64,000 nt of DNA, taken from IMG/VR virus record IMGVR_UViG_3300009011_000001, positions 184,575-248,574 of that record. One strand, 5' to 3'. The translations under genes and the position numbers were made by a program. Positions 7,197 to 17,274 of the stretch are shown here, piece by piece. Each line of letters begins with the position of its first letter. Within the stretch, counting starts at the first letter, position 1. The notes beneath the pieces were generated by a model. The model was not told the DNA's origin, ran no database searches, and worked only from the letters and a program-made list of their open reading frames with translations.

Positions 7197-8291
7197 TTAC
7201 ACCTTAGGTTTGAGTTTGACGGTCAGACCAGCCAAGTTCGGCTGATACCACGGATTTCCAGCTGGCGTTTTAGGCGCAGAGAAGATCCGATCGTAGAACG
7301 TCTGAGCCGCCACCATAGGCGTAGTGGCGTCTGGCGTTTCTACACCACCTACAGTCAACGAGACGCCAAGGTTCCCTGTCGTTGCAGCAGTAACAGCCGA
7401 TCGACCTTTAACGTGCACACCGTTGATGACAGCGTTCTGAGGAATGGCAGATGCGTTATAGGTAATCGACGCAGGAGTCATTGCATCATCAGTAGTCAGC
7501 GTGGGTGTTGCGATACCTGTCGATGGGTTGCTGTAACCCGTCTTCAGTACGGACGTAGCATCACCAGCACTTGCAGTCCAGGTAGGAGCAGACACAGCAG
7601 ACACAGGCACCTTTTCAACAATCTGCGGTCCAAGGAACTGAGCCAGTTCACCACTCTCCCATTCGACGCAAAAGAAGTCACGCCAGAAGAATGTGTGGGT
7701 TTGGCCTTGCGTAATGTTGTACTGAGCATTGTGCCCAATGCCAACGCATACGCTCGTACCGCCAGGGCTTGCCGATACCGCAGTCGCCATCCAAGCCGGC
7801 ATAATGAGGTCGCTGAGTGGCTTACCGTCCACACGACGCTTAACCGTGTTGGTTGCAAAGTTGAGGTTGAACTCAACGTAGTACGGTTTATCGAACACAA
7901 AGCCCGGAATGTCTGCCTTGGTTACGATGTCGAACATGTTGGTGATTTCAATGACCGACGTCAAATGCACAAGACCGTTACCGGTGTAGGTCGAGCTCGG
8001 TTTTACCCTCACGCCAAACCAAAGGTTCGATGTAGGACCAACCGATGGCACCATCTCCTTAATGTCTGCAGACATCCGAAAACGGTAGTTACCGTAGTTG
8101 TATTGACCAGCACTAACGTCCATCCTCACCCACTTATCCGTGAAGATACTGACGGCCAAGTTGATTTCAGTGTTGACAATATACGTTTGCCACGGGCCGT
8201 TTGGGAACCGGGTTTGAAGAGGTGCAAGCGCACCAGCACCAGATGCGTTCGTGGTCGGGAGGTCCAAACCGTACATCGCATGAACTTTCAT
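7197..8291 (-). CDS. Putative fibre-tip/adhesin, beta-rich lectin-like protein
   Basis: Paralog of 8991 and 9971: YVEF...VDG, WRDF, LGPQ, P-x-G-x-x-W. Confidence 0.7.
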   Translation of the reverse strand: MKVHAMYGLDLPTTNASGAGALAPLQTRFPNGPWQTYIVNTEINLAVSIFTDKWVRMDVSAGQYNYGNYRFRMSADIKEMVPSVGPTSNLWFGVRVKPSSTYTGNGLVHLTSVIEITNMFDIVTKADIPGFVFDKPYYVEFNLNFATNTVKRRVDGKPLSDLIMPAWMATAVSASPGGTSVCVGIGHNAQYNITQGQTHTFFWRDFFCVEWESGELAQFLGPQIVEKVPVSAVSAPTWTASAGDATSVLKTGYSNPSTGIATPTLTTDDAMTPASITYNASAIPQNAVINGVHVKGRSAVTAATTGNLGVSLTVGGVETPDATTPMVAAQTFYDRIFSAPKTPAGNPWYQPNLAGLTVKLKPKV

Positions 8292-8302
8292 GGTTTGGCT
8301 CC

Positions 8303-8980
8303 TTACGACCAGAGGATCGTATCAGTTTTGAACTGCGATGCAAGCGTAGGTGTGAAGCCTACTTGACAAGTATCGCCTGGCGTGAAGAAGTAGCTAGTAC
8401 TAGCAGCCGTGATCGTCACCTCAGGTGATCCCGCCGCGATGGGTTCGTCGATAATATCTGCTGTGGTGAGGGTCATCCCGGTAGCTGCGTTGATCGCCGG
8501 AATCAGCGCTTGGGTCGTCGCAGCATTTCCGATCACCACACCTGCCAGACTACCCATGCGGGCAAGACCCGTACGGTTGTAGTAGAAGTACATCGACCCC
8601 GACAACTGAGCAGCGGGCAATGCAGTCAGCAGCGCCCGTGAGTTGTAAATCTGATTAGGGTCGTTATACGCCTCTACTGCACCTAACGAGAAATGGGTGG
8701 CAGGCCGAACGGTCTTACTAACGGCCAGGATCATGTTCATCAGACCGGTCTTGCCATCCACGCCTTTTGGCAGCGCGACGTTATACGCCATCGCATAGCC
8801 GTTGAACGTTTTCATTGCCAAACTGTTAGGCGGCACGCCCATCACGTAGCCTTGAAACCTTCTCAAAGCAAGTTGTGCCGGCGGGGTAGTCAGTGCGTAG
8901 CCGTGAATCTCGGCTACGTTGACCGGTGTTGCCAAGCGGGTCAGGGCATATCCCTGAATACTTGCGGCATTAATTGGCAT
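8303..8980 (-). CDS. Virion fibre-family structural protein with N-terminal GY repeats
   Basis: Four IQGYAL/IHGYAL/FQGYVM/FNGYAM repeats, then the YYNRTGL domain. Confidence 0.75.
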   Translation of the reverse strand: MPINAASIQGYALTRLATPVNVAEIHGYALTTPPAQLALRRFQGYVMGVPPNSLAMKTFNGYAMAYNVALPKGVDGKTGLMNMILAVSKTVRPATHFSLGAVEAYNDPNQIYNSRALLTALPAAQLSGSMYFYYNRTGLARMGSLAGVVIGNAATTQALIPAINAATGMTLTTADIIDEPIAAGSPEVTITAASTSYFFTPGDTCQVGFTPTLASQFKTDTILWS

Positions 8981-8990
8981 GGACTACTCC

Positions 8991-9953
8991 TCAAACATCA
9001 GGCGTCAGGATCAGATCCGTGCCGTCGATGTTAGAACTATTCCAATAAGCCCCACCAGGTGCTCTATGGAACACACCCAGGCCCAGGTTATAGCTGTAGT
9101 TGGTGATTGGACAAACCGGCGTCAGACCTGCAAGTTCAGTGCCGGCCAGAGAAAGCTTAGCCGCAGCCTTTGCCGTAGCCGCACCTGTTGAACGAGCACC
9201 CATTACAAGTTCGATCGCATTCACGATAACGCCACCCGGCAAGTTAGCCTTGAGGCTAGCAGCAACTGGAGCGTTTGTGGCCGATGTAGCAATGTTGGCT
9301 GTTGGGATAGCGCCCGGCTCGCTCAGTGCGTTGAGCAGTGTGGAACTTCCCGGAGTGGTGGTCCAATCCAAAGCCGATGCGGAATCCAGAGTGATCGGGT
9401 AAGCGACCTGAGGACCCAATGGGCCGATTGGCAAACCTTGCGCAGCACCCTGGTCGTCGCAGATGTAAATGTCGCGCCAGTCGTAGCGGCCATTGAGACT
9501 ACCCTTGACTTCAAGCCCCAACAGCATGCTGCGGGTGGATGGTGCGCTGGTATTGGCCTGCTTAACCCCATTCACCCAGCGTTCAACCACACCAGACGCG
9601 ATGTCGTAAGAGAACTCCAGATACGACGTCGTGCCGGTAACGCCTATCAGCGAATCGAGCATGACGTACGTGCCGCCGAAGTAGATGATGCCCGCACCAC
9701 CGCGGGCGTTCAGAGTGGATCGGCAGCGGATACCGATCCAGATCTTACTTACCGGAGATACCAAGTACGGATCAAGCGGAATGCTTGTCCGCTCAGCCCC
9801 CGATGCGGTTGCGTTACTGACCAGCCATCCATTGACGATCGTGTTTTGTGCCGACAAGTCAGCGCCGCGAGTCATACCGTGGCTGGCGTAATTGATCCAG
9901 CTCGTGTCGTTCTGCGGCAGGTGGTCGAAACCAATGATTGCTCTAACTGCCAT
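8991..9953 (-). CDS. Putative fibre-tip/adhesin, lectin-like protein
   Basis: Start MAVRAIIGFD after GAGGAG; YLEFSYD...WVNG, WRDIYICDD, PLGPQ. Confidence 0.7.
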   Translation of the reverse strand: MAVRAIIGFDHLPQNDTSWINYASHGMTRGADLSAQNTIVNGWLVSNATASGAERTSIPLDPYLVSPVSKIWIGIRCRSTLNARGGAGIIYFGGTYVMLDSLIGVTGTTSYLEFSYDIASGVVERWVNGVKQANTSAPSTRSMLLGLEVKGSLNGRYDWRDIYICDDQGAAQGLPIGPLGPQVAYPITLDSASALDWTTTPGSSTLLNALSEPGAIPTANIATSATNAPVAASLKANLPGGVIVNAIELVMGARSTGAATAKAAAKLSLAGTELAGLTPVCPITNYSYNLGLGVFHRAPGGAYWNSSNIDGTDLILTPDV

Positions 9954-9970
9954 GATGATAACTCCTCGTA

Positions 9971-11014
9971 TCAGGAAATAGTGTCTGGAGTCAATTTGAC
10001 CGCAGCGGTGTCTACCTTCACCGTATCCCACGCCGTACCGTCTGGGGCTTTGGGGTAGAGTCCAACCAGAGCCGATGTCAGAGTCGTAGGCAGGACCGGA
10101 TACTTGATCGGAGACGAGGAGCCGTTCAGCCCAACTTCGATCTTACTGGTAGTCGGGCCAACACCAACGCTATTGCCAACCATGTTGATTTGCACGCCAT
10201 TGATCTTGGTGCCGGATGGTGCGGTGGTGCGCAGACTCATGTCCAGTGGCAATTTGCTACCTGGAGAGTTGGCTGTCGTTGTTGCTGGAGGAAGTGCGAG
10301 CAGAGCGTCCAGCAAAGTGCCGGTTCCCGTACTCGTCGTCCATTCGACCCCGACAGCGGAATCGAGATACACAGGGTACATCTTCTGATCGCCCAGTGGA
10401 GCGACCATCCCGTCACCTGCTACGTCATCCAAGACGTAGATGTCGCGCACCGCGTAGCGACCACCTGGAGAGCTGGCCAGACGAATACCAATACAGCCAT
10501 TGCCAGCCGCCCATTGCGCCTTGATGGCCGCCGACATCGCTGGCGGGGTGTACGAAGAGAGCGAAGTGCCGTTAACCTTGGTGGCCACGGTGCCTGCAAC
10601 AAAGTCGTAGGTCATTTCGACGTAATACTCAGTACCAACGCCGCTAAGCCATGGCGCACCACCACTGCCTGCCAAGAACAGATAGCAGCTAAGGTCGTTC
10701 GGCGTGACGTTGGAGTTGAGGTGTACGATCGAGTGGGCGTTGGCATACACTGCCAGCGTCTTGATCCGCATGCCGATAGTCAGCTTGTTCGGATTGACAG
10801 GCACGTAACCGTTCATGCTGAAAGGTACGATCTGGTCCGACAAGTTGGTCATCGCGCTGATCCAACCATCTTGGTCGACGCAGACACGGCTGATGTTGGT
10901 GCCTACAGACAGACCTGGGTGGCCAAACGTAGTCCACCAGTCCGAGAACGTCGCGCCGACGGCTGGGTTGGTAGTCTTCAGCGCATTGTCAGTTCCGATA
11001 ATTGCACGAAGCAT
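9971..11014 (-). CDS. Putative fibre-tip/adhesin, lectin-like protein
   Basis: Start MLRAIIGTD after GAGGAG; YYVEMTYD...VNG, VRDIYVLDD, PLGDQ. Confidence 0.7.
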   Translation of the reverse strand: MLRAIIGTDNALKTTNPAVGATFSDWWTTFGHPGLSVGTNISRVCVDQDGWISAMTNLSDQIVPFSMNGYVPVNPNKLTIGMRIKTLAVYANAHSIVHLNSNVTPNDLSCYLFLAGSGGAPWLSGVGTEYYVEMTYDFVAGTVATKVNGTSLSSYTPPAMSAAIKAQWAAGNGCIGIRLASSPGGRYAVRDIYVLDDVAGDGMVAPLGDQKMYPVYLDSAVGVEWTTSTGTGTLLDALLALPPATTTANSPGSKLPLDMSLRTTAPSGTKINGVQINMVGNSVGVGPTTSKIEVGLNGSSSPIKYPVLPTTLTSALVGLYPKAPDGTAWDTVKVDTAAVKLTPDTIS

Positions 11015-11018
11015 GAGA

Positions 11019-11399
11019 TCACTCCTCAGCCGCAGGTGGTGTTTCTTCAACCGGATCTTCTTCTACTGCTGGATCATTCCAGCAGAGATAGATAGTTCCC
11101 ACTGGAGCCACAGAACGCTCCGGGAAGCGCAACCCGAGGGCGTACTTGTAATGACTGAACGTAGGCAGGTTCGGATGGTTAAGTTCGTTGTAGACGACCT
11201 CAGCGCCATTCAGGCTATATTCCACGTCCTGTTCGTTCAGGTTCCACTTGGCTTTGTCATCTTGCGGACCACACTCAGCCAAGATCTGTGCAATCAAACG
11301 CTGATCGGGTTCGTTCAACACACCAACCGGAACGTCGTGCATCAACTCGCCCAGTTCGGTAAAGTCGGCACGGATCAAATAGTTCGGCCAATCTTGCAT
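11019..11399 (-). CDS. Stand-alone C-terminal domain of the fibre family
   Basis: Aligns to the C-half of the 12884 product (DFT...GVLN...LPT.S.YKY.L.LR...G..YL..NDP); GAGG SD. Confidence 0.75.
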   Translation of the reverse strand: MQDWPNYLIRADFTELGELMHDVPVGVLNEPDQRLIAQILAECGPQDDKAKWNLNEQDVEYSLNGAEVVYNELNHPNLPTFSHYKYALGLRFPERSVAPVGTIYLCWNDPAVEEDPVEETPPAAEE

Positions 11400-11414
11400 A
11401 TTCAAATCCTCGAC

Positions 11415-11909
11415 TTAGAAGCCCAACAACTTGTCAGTGTTAAAGGCCGTTGTGATGTCTGGGTAACCGCCAAACTTCAAGGTTGCCGTTCCTGTCCAGC
11501 CAAGGCTGTTGGAAGTGGCTTCCAGAATGACGTTTACTTTGCCAGATACGGTGGCCGACGCATGCTCAACCAAATGAGCACTCGTGAACGGTACGTTGAT
11601 GTACCCAACCACGACAGGCAACCACGTAGCCAACGGAACACCGTCTGCGCAGATACAGCCAATCAGGTTGAAGTTCTCGAGCGGCTTAAGGTCAAGTCGG
11701 TCGTAAAAGAACGTCGTGAAACCAGAGACCAACGTCGTGGTATCGGAAGCCCGAACAGGAATAGCGGTGTTCTTCCCGTACTTGGTGATCTCGGCTGAAG
11801 TAGCAGGTCGTGGTGTACCGAAGACCAGATCGGAAGCGGTGAATGTAACGCCGCTTGCAGCATTGATCATCGCCACCAGGTCCGCCACGCTTGTTACGAA
11901 AATGCTCAT
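11415..11909 (-). CDS. Virion fibre-family structural protein (single-domain type)
   Basis: FYDRLDL, SLGWTG, C-terminal TAFNTDKLLGF. Confidence 0.8.
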   Translation of the reverse strand: MSIFVTSVADLVAMINAASGVTFTASDLVFGTPRPATSAEITKYGKNTAIPVRASDTTTLVSGFTTFFYDRLDLKPLENFNLIGCICADGVPLATWLPVVVGYINVPFTSAHLVEHASATVSGKVNVILEATSNSLGWTGTATLKFGGYPDITTAFNTDKLLGF

Positions 11910-11917
11910 GGCGACAC

Positions 11918-12826
11918 CTACACTTTGTATTGGAGGATAACCTTACCTGCGAACCAGCTGTTTGCCGCTGCCTGAATAACGACGGCAGTGTTGTACTTGG
12001 CAACGTTGGCTTCGGGTAAGGCAGCGGCCGGCAATGAGTAGCGGTACCAGGTGATGTTTACACAACCACCGGGCGTTGCAGCATCAGCGATCTGCCAGTT
12101 GTTATACGCGGTATTGACGTTCAGCCAATCAAGAATTTGCTGAAGTCCACTGTTCGCTCCGACGGTTGGGTTCCACACCGGCGGGATCGTCTGCAAGATT
12201 GCCGAAATAGCAGAGGCATCTTGAGCGTAGACGATGAACTCACCTTGAGGTTTGCGGCCCGGGGTTGTGAAATCATTACCACCCGGATAAAGACGCCCAG
12301 CCAGCGCACGGTTCGAGTCGGTGATCAACATGTTGAAAGGTCGAGGTCCGACAGTCCACGTCAACTGAACCGATCCCTTGTAGCACTGGCTAGTGGTCAC
12401 GACACTAACGGTCGTAGCCACACCCGACGAGAGCGCTGCCGTGTTTGCAATGTCGGAGGCAGGAATCTTGATACCGAATTTCTGAGCGAACGATGCCTTC
12501 CAAGTCGCCACTGGCAACTGGGTGGTGGCAAAGTAATCGTTCAGCGTTAACTTCATGTTGCGGTAGATCGTGCCGAGATCGATACGACGATACTTGACGG
12601 TCTGTTGACCGAGAACGGAACTACCGGGGGCAGCAGAGATCAGGATCGATGTGTCGTTCTTGTACGGATCGCCCGGCTGAACAGAGATCACCGCAGGGGC
12701 ACCGAATTGAACAGTCCCTTTTGGATAAACCGTTTTGAATCCAGGGTTGCTTGCTTCGATCAGATCGTAAAGAATGTCAATCTGATCGGCTTTGTAATCA
12801 GTTGCTGGCGTACCAGGATCAGCCAT
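11918..12826 (-). CDS. Virion fibre-family structural protein (two-domain type)
   Basis: YRRIDL, YPGGNDF, ends VILQYKV. Confidence 0.8.
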   Translation of the reverse strand: MADPGTPATDYKADQIDILYDLIEASNPGFKTVYPKGTVQFGAPAVISVQPGDPYKNDTSILISAAPGSSVLGQQTVKYRRIDLGTIYRNMKLTLNDYFATTQLPVATWKASFAQKFGIKIPASDIANTAALSSGVATTVSVVTTSQCYKGSVQLTWTVGPRPFNMLITDSNRALAGRLYPGGNDFTTPGRKPQGEFIVYAQDASAISAILQTIPPVWNPTVGANSGLQQILDWLNVNTAYNNWQIADAATPGGCVNITWYRYSLPAAALPEANVAKYNTAVVIQAAANSWFAGKVILQYKV

Positions 12827-12883
12827 GATTAATCTCCGAATGGATAAGTAGACGAGCACCTCGCGGTGCTCGTCTATGCCCAC

Positions 12884-13759
12884 TTACGCGTTCGCGTCGA
12901 ACGGATCGTTGTAGTGGAGGTACGACAGACCAGCAGGAGTCAGAACCGTTGGATCCAGGCGCAGAGCCAACACGTACTTGTACGCGGAGTTCGTTGGCAA
13001 GGATGCCGAGTTCAGGCCGTTGCTTACGACGGTGGCGCCAGCCACGTTCCAGGCGGTAGTGCCTGGAGTGTTTACCCACAGCGCTTTGCCGTTGCCGGTA
13101 TCGACTGCCAGCAACATGTCGCGGATCGCATTCGCTTGGGTGGTGTTGAGAACACCCGGAGCAAGTGCGGACAGCGTGTTGAAGTAGCTGGTGAAGTCGT
13201 ACGGGTACAGATACATCAGAGCAAACGTATCGGTATCGTTGGCGGTTGGGTAGTTCAGACCATTCAGGTTGGTCACGGTCACCAACTGATCCAGCGGAGC
13301 AGCGCCCTTAGTGATCGTCAGAGTTGCTTGGCCGATCCAACCCAGGCTGCCAGTTTTGGCCTGCAGAATAGCAGTCTGAGTATTGTCACCGTTATCGGTG
13401 AGAGCATTGTCTTCCAGATCGTCGGTAGTGAACTGAATGCCAGTCCAGTAGGCCAACATCGGCAACAGGCTGTGCACGGACGTGATGTTGTACGCCGCGC
13501 ACTTGAAGCCCGGAAGGTTGGCCGCAGTCAAAGAAGCCAGGTTCAGACGGTCGTACGCGATCGGTCGACTACCCTGATACGCTCCGCCGGCTTTTGCAGT
13601 GATGCGCAAACCGGTGTTGAGAGTAGTCAGCTGACCTTGCCACGTTCCAGTGAGCACCTGAGGAGCACCGTAAGTGAAGTCGTTCGGCGTGAACGCCGTC
13701 GAGTTGGCCGCATTGAGAGCCAGCAACACATCGATGAGGGATTGATTCATGTACGACAT
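12884..13759 (-). CDS. Virion fibre-family structural protein (two-domain type)
   Basis: YDRLNL, SLGWIG, LNGLNYP, YLHYND. Confidence 0.8.
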   Translation of the reverse strand: MSYMNQSLIDVLLALNAANSTAFTPNDFTYGAPQVLTGTWQGQLTTLNTGLRITAKAGGAYQGSRPIAYDRLNLASLTAANLPGFKCAAYNITSVHSLLPMLAYWTGIQFTTDDLEDNALTDNGDNTQTAILQAKTGSLGWIGQATLTITKGAAPLDQLVTVTNLNGLNYPTANDTDTFALMYLYPYDFTSYFNTLSALAPGVLNTTQANAIRDMLLAVDTGNGKALWVNTPGTTAWNVAGATVVSNGLNSASLPTNSAYKYVLALRLDPTVLTPAGLSYLHYNDPFDANA

Positions 13760-13770
13760 CGATTCTATCC

Positions 13771-14721
13771 TCAGACGTTGTAGTGGATGTAGTGTTGACC
13801 AGCACCGCAACCTTTAGCGGTATCCGCATCAGGAATGGTCAGGATCAGCACGCGGTTGTAGTACTTGGAGTTAGCCAGCGGTGCAGAATCGATACCGGCT
13901 TGAGTACTCAAGTCTACTACGCGGCCAGCCCACGACTGGTAGGCGTACGCCGGTGCAGCGTTGGTTGGATAAACCAGGCCTTTACCGTATAGACGGTTGA
14001 GTTCGTCGATGAAGCGGTTGCCGAAGCCGACCACTGCGTCGCCGATACCTTCCCAGCCGTTCGGGTAGCTGTTCCACTTGACGCCGGAGTTGATGAATGC
14101 AGTCCAGTCGATACCGAACGCCATGTTGCTGACGACAACCGGGTGCGATGGGTTGCTGAAGTCGTTGCCACCAGGGAAACGACGAGCGGTCAGGTTGGTC
14201 ACGGTGATCATGGATTCCAGATCCTGAGGAGCCGACTTCCATTTCAATGCAAACGAACCGACGTAGCCGAGACTGGTAGCTTTTGCGTTCACGGTCACGG
14301 TGGTGGTGTAGAACCCACCTTCCTGAGTGTTGCCGCGCAGGATGTTGACATCCGCTACGTCGTCGGTGGTCAGGTTCAGACCGTGCTTGGCGTTGATCAG
14401 CGGCAGCAGGTTGTAAACGGTAAACACAATCGAGTTGCTTGCGCTTTGGTTTGCCGAGTACTTGTTCATCTGTACCAGCACACCGCGGAGCAACTTACTC
14501 AGATCGATACGGCGATAGTTCATCGGCTTACGGCCGATATAGTCGCCACCGACAGAGATAACCGCGATGGTGGTGTTGAGATCGGATCGGCCAGGGATCG
14601 TAGCCGTTACCGGATTGTCCAGCTTTGCATTCGCTGGTGTCAGCGCAACTGGAAGATCCGGGTTAGCGGCATTAATGAGGTCGTAGACCAGTTCTGGCGA
14701 TGGCTTGTTGTATAAAGGCAT
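13771..14721 (-). CDS. Virion fibre-family structural protein (two-domain type)
   Basis: YRRIDL, SLGYVG, FPGGNDF, YIHYNV. Confidence 0.8.
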   Translation of the reverse strand: MPLYNKPSPELVYDLINAANPDLPVALTPANAKLDNPVTATIPGRSDLNTTIAVISVGGDYIGRKPMNYRRIDLSKLLRGVLVQMNKYSANQSASNSIVFTVYNLLPLINAKHGLNLTTDDVADVNILRGNTQEGGFYTTTVTVNAKATSLGYVGSFALKWKSAPQDLESMITVTNLTARRFPGGNDFSNPSHPVVVSNMAFGIDWTAFINSGVKWNSYPNGWEGIGDAVVGFGNRFIDELNRLYGKGLVYPTNAAPAYAYQSWAGRVVDLSTQAGIDSAPLANSKYYNRVLILTIPDADTAKGCGAGQHYIHYNV

Positions 14722-14726
14722 CTTGG

Positions 14727-15521
14727 TTAAACCTCGTCAAGCAAGTTGTAATGGAAATACAAAGGGCCGAGGATCGATGAACTGACAACAGCCTGCTGAA
14801 CCACGACACGGTCGAAGTCCTTGTTGCAGTCGTCAATTGCAGAAGTCGGGTAGTCCACAATCGAACCTTGGAACCACGAAGGGATTCCCATGTACAGGCA
14901 GGCAGATTGCAAAGTGGTCCAGTCGGTATACGTCGCCGTGGCCGGATCAACCTTCAGTGCATCGCGCAGGCTCGTGAAGTCGATTCCCCACGTCAGCATC
15001 CTGCCAGATTTCTTGGCCAGAGCTGGATCGTCCGGATGCTTGAACAAATCAAGAAGGCGGATGTGGATGATCGATTCCAAAAGAGTCCGGCCGTACATCA
15101 ACTCGATTTCAACCGAGCCAATGAAGCCAAAACTTTCAGGCCGAGAAACGAGAGTCAGTGTCTTCGTCTCGTTCAGTTCCAGAGTGGGCGGCGTGAACGG
15201 TTCCAGATCTTCAGGAGTGATGAACAGACCCAACTGGCGGTTCACCATCTCGATCACCATTTCTGATGTAAACGGGACGGTGTTTCGCAGTTGAAGATCT
15301 TCCAGCGCTTCCGTCAGACTGATCCGTTTGTAGAGCAGGGTTTGCTGCCCAACATAAACGCGGCCAGGAACAGCCTCGATCGTGATAGCCGAGTTGAACT
15401 TCTCGTTCCCTTCGAGGACCACCGGTGCTTGAGGAGTGATGTTGATCAGCGAGAGCGGACGCTTGGGAACGTTCTTCTCGTTGGCTTCATTAAGAAGCCT
15501 TGTGATGCTGTTATCCATCAT
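14727..15521 (-). CDS. Virion fibre-family structural protein (two-domain type)
   Basis: YKRISL, TWGIDFT, YFHYN. Confidence 0.8.
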   Translation of the reverse strand: MMDNSITRLLNEANEKNVPKRPLSLINITPQAPVVLEGNEKFNSAITIEAVPGRVYVGQQTLLYKRISLTEALEDLQLRNTVPFTSEMVIEMVNRQLGLFITPEDLEPFTPPTLELNETKTLTLVSRPESFGFIGSVEIELMYGRTLLESIIHIRLLDLFKHPDDPALAKKSGRMLTWGIDFTSLRDALKVDPATATYTDWTTLQSACLYMGIPSWFQGSIVDYPTSAIDDCNKDFDRVVVQQAVVSSSILGPLYFHYNLLDEV

Positions 15522-15529
15522 GTCTCTCC

Positions 15530-16360
15530 TTAATCAACCGGAGGCAGGTTGTAATGGAGGACCAACGAACCGCTGAGACCAACTGAGTTCGTTTCGTCCA
15601 GAGCGACGATCACGACAAACGCGTATTCTGGATTGACGTCATCACGCCCTTCGGTAGTGCCGGAGTATGTGATGTTAGCGCCCAGCAGACTGTAACGCTG
15701 AGCAGCAGTCGTTGACCACGAATCGCCAGTAATCGTTGCCAATACTTGACGAACGATTTCCAGATGCGCCGTGCCGGCAGCAACGCCAGACAGATCAGAC
15801 GACACTGGGCTGAAGTCACGCCAGTACGAATACGCTGCGGCGTACGGTTTGTCGATACGACCTGTCGGATAGTTCAACCCATTGAGGTTGGTTACCGTCA
15901 GGAAGTCCCCCAGAGGCCGCGCACCTTGCGTTACCGTGAAATCGATAGTGCCGATCCAGTTACGGCTCGTCGCCTTCGCAGTGAGGGTCACAGTGCCGTT
16001 GCCGTCCACTGTACCTGCTGGACCATCGACGAAATCGTCAGTGGTGAAGTTCAGGCCGTGTAACTGGTTCAGACGGTTGGCCACATCCATGATCGTTTCA
16101 AGGTTGTAGCCCTTGATGGAAGTGGAAATCAGAGTAGCGAGATCCGCAAGATCCAAACGTTTGTACTTGATCGGCACAGTGCCGTCGTAAGTACTTTGAA
16201 TGTCCTTTGCGGTGATGGTCATGCTGGTGTTTTCACCAGACGGTCCCGTGGGGATGACCACCGGATTACCGAACACGTATTCGGCTTCAACCAAATCTAC
16301 GTTATTCTGAGTCTTAATTGCCTCGAGAATTGCCTCGAGTGGCAGCTGATACAAAGCCAT
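15530..16360 (-). CDS. Virion fibre-family structural protein (two-domain type)
   Basis: YKRLDL, SRNWIG, LNGLNYP, LHYN. Confidence 0.8.
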   Translation of the reverse strand: MALYQLPLEAILEAIKTQNNVDLVEAEYVFGNPVVIPTGPSGENTSMTITAKDIQSTYDGTVPIKYKRLDLADLATLISTSIKGYNLETIMDVANRLNQLHGLNFTTDDFVDGPAGTVDGNGTVTLTAKATSRNWIGTIDFTVTQGARPLGDFLTVTNLNGLNYPTGRIDKPYAAAYSYWRDFSPVSSDLSGVAAGTAHLEIVRQVLATITGDSWSTTAAQRYSLLGANITYSGTTEGRDDVNPEYAFVVIVALDETNSVGLSGSLVLHYNLPPVD

Positions 16361-16371
16361 AAACGAAGCCT

Positions 16372-17178
16372 CTACGACCGGTTGAAGTGGAAGTACGCAT
16401 CGCCGTTATACGTCGCGGCATTTACGTCCTTTTGAATGATGACGTGCGAATACGCTTTGTTGGCCCGAGGCACGTCTTTTGTAGCCTGAAGGAATACCTT
16501 CATGTCCGCGCCGCTTGTACCGACGGGGAAGTCAGGAAAACCGTTACGGGTCATGATGTCTTTGACCTTGGTTGGGTTGAGCCAGCCTTGGCCGTAAACC
16601 TGCAGATCTTTTTGATCGTCAGTGAAGTCGATGCCCCACGTATCCATGGACAGCGAGTGCTTCCCGGCAACAACAGGATCTGGGAACTTCAGCACATTCA
16701 GGGTGGTATTCGGAATCATGCTCACCAGCGTCGGACGAACCCGAACAAACTGAATGATGATGCGGCCTTCATACGCCAGAGAATTCGGCGAGATAACGAA
16801 CTGAAGGTTAGCCTGCTCATTACCGCCCAGCCAAACAATCGACTGATCGATAATGTCTTCTGGCTGCAGATTCAAGCCAGTCTTCTGGTTAACGATTGGG
16901 AGCAACCGCACCAGACTGTTTTGCCCAACCTCACGCATCAATGGGCGAATGTCCCGGAAGATGACAGACAGGTTGAGACGACGATATTCGAATTTAGCGT
17001 AGCCTTCGTACTCTTCGTTGTCGTACATCGTGACAACTGGGAGATGCGTCAGACCACCTGCAACAGGCTTGGGCTTGCCGTAATACAGATCACCTACATC
17101 GAGGGGTACGGGTAAATCGTTGTTGGCATTGATAAGATCTACCAATGCTTTTTCGGATGTTCCTTTTAGAAGGAGCAT
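16372..17178 (-). CDS. Virion fibre-family structural protein (two-domain type)
   Basis: YRRLNL, SLAYEG, TWGIDFT, YFHFN; AGGAG SD before MLLLKG. Confidence 0.8.
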   Translation of the reverse strand: MLLLKGTSEKALVDLINANNDLPVPLDVGDLYYGKPKPVAGGLTHLPVVTMYDNEEYEGYAKFEYRRLNLSVIFRDIRPLMREVGQNSLVRLLPIVNQKTGLNLQPEDIIDQSIVWLGGNEQANLQFVISPNSLAYEGRIIIQFVRVRPTLVSMIPNTTLNVLKFPDPVVAGKHSLSMDTWGIDFTDDQKDLQVYGQGWLNPTKVKDIMTRNGFPDFPVGTSGADMKVFLQATKDVPRANKAYSHVIIQKDVNAATYNGDAYFHFNRS

Positions 17179-17215
17179 GAAGTATCTCCTGGGTGAGCCA
17201 CTTACCGACATAGGT

Positions 17216-17257
17216 GTGCAGATGAGGATGAGGCAAAAACCCCATCCTCATCTGCAC
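17216..17257. terminator. 15-bp stem hairpin (terminator or processing site)
   Basis: gtgcagatgaggatg...catcctcatctgcac. Confidence 0.55.
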
Positions 17258-17274
17258 GGGGTATCGCTGCAGCC

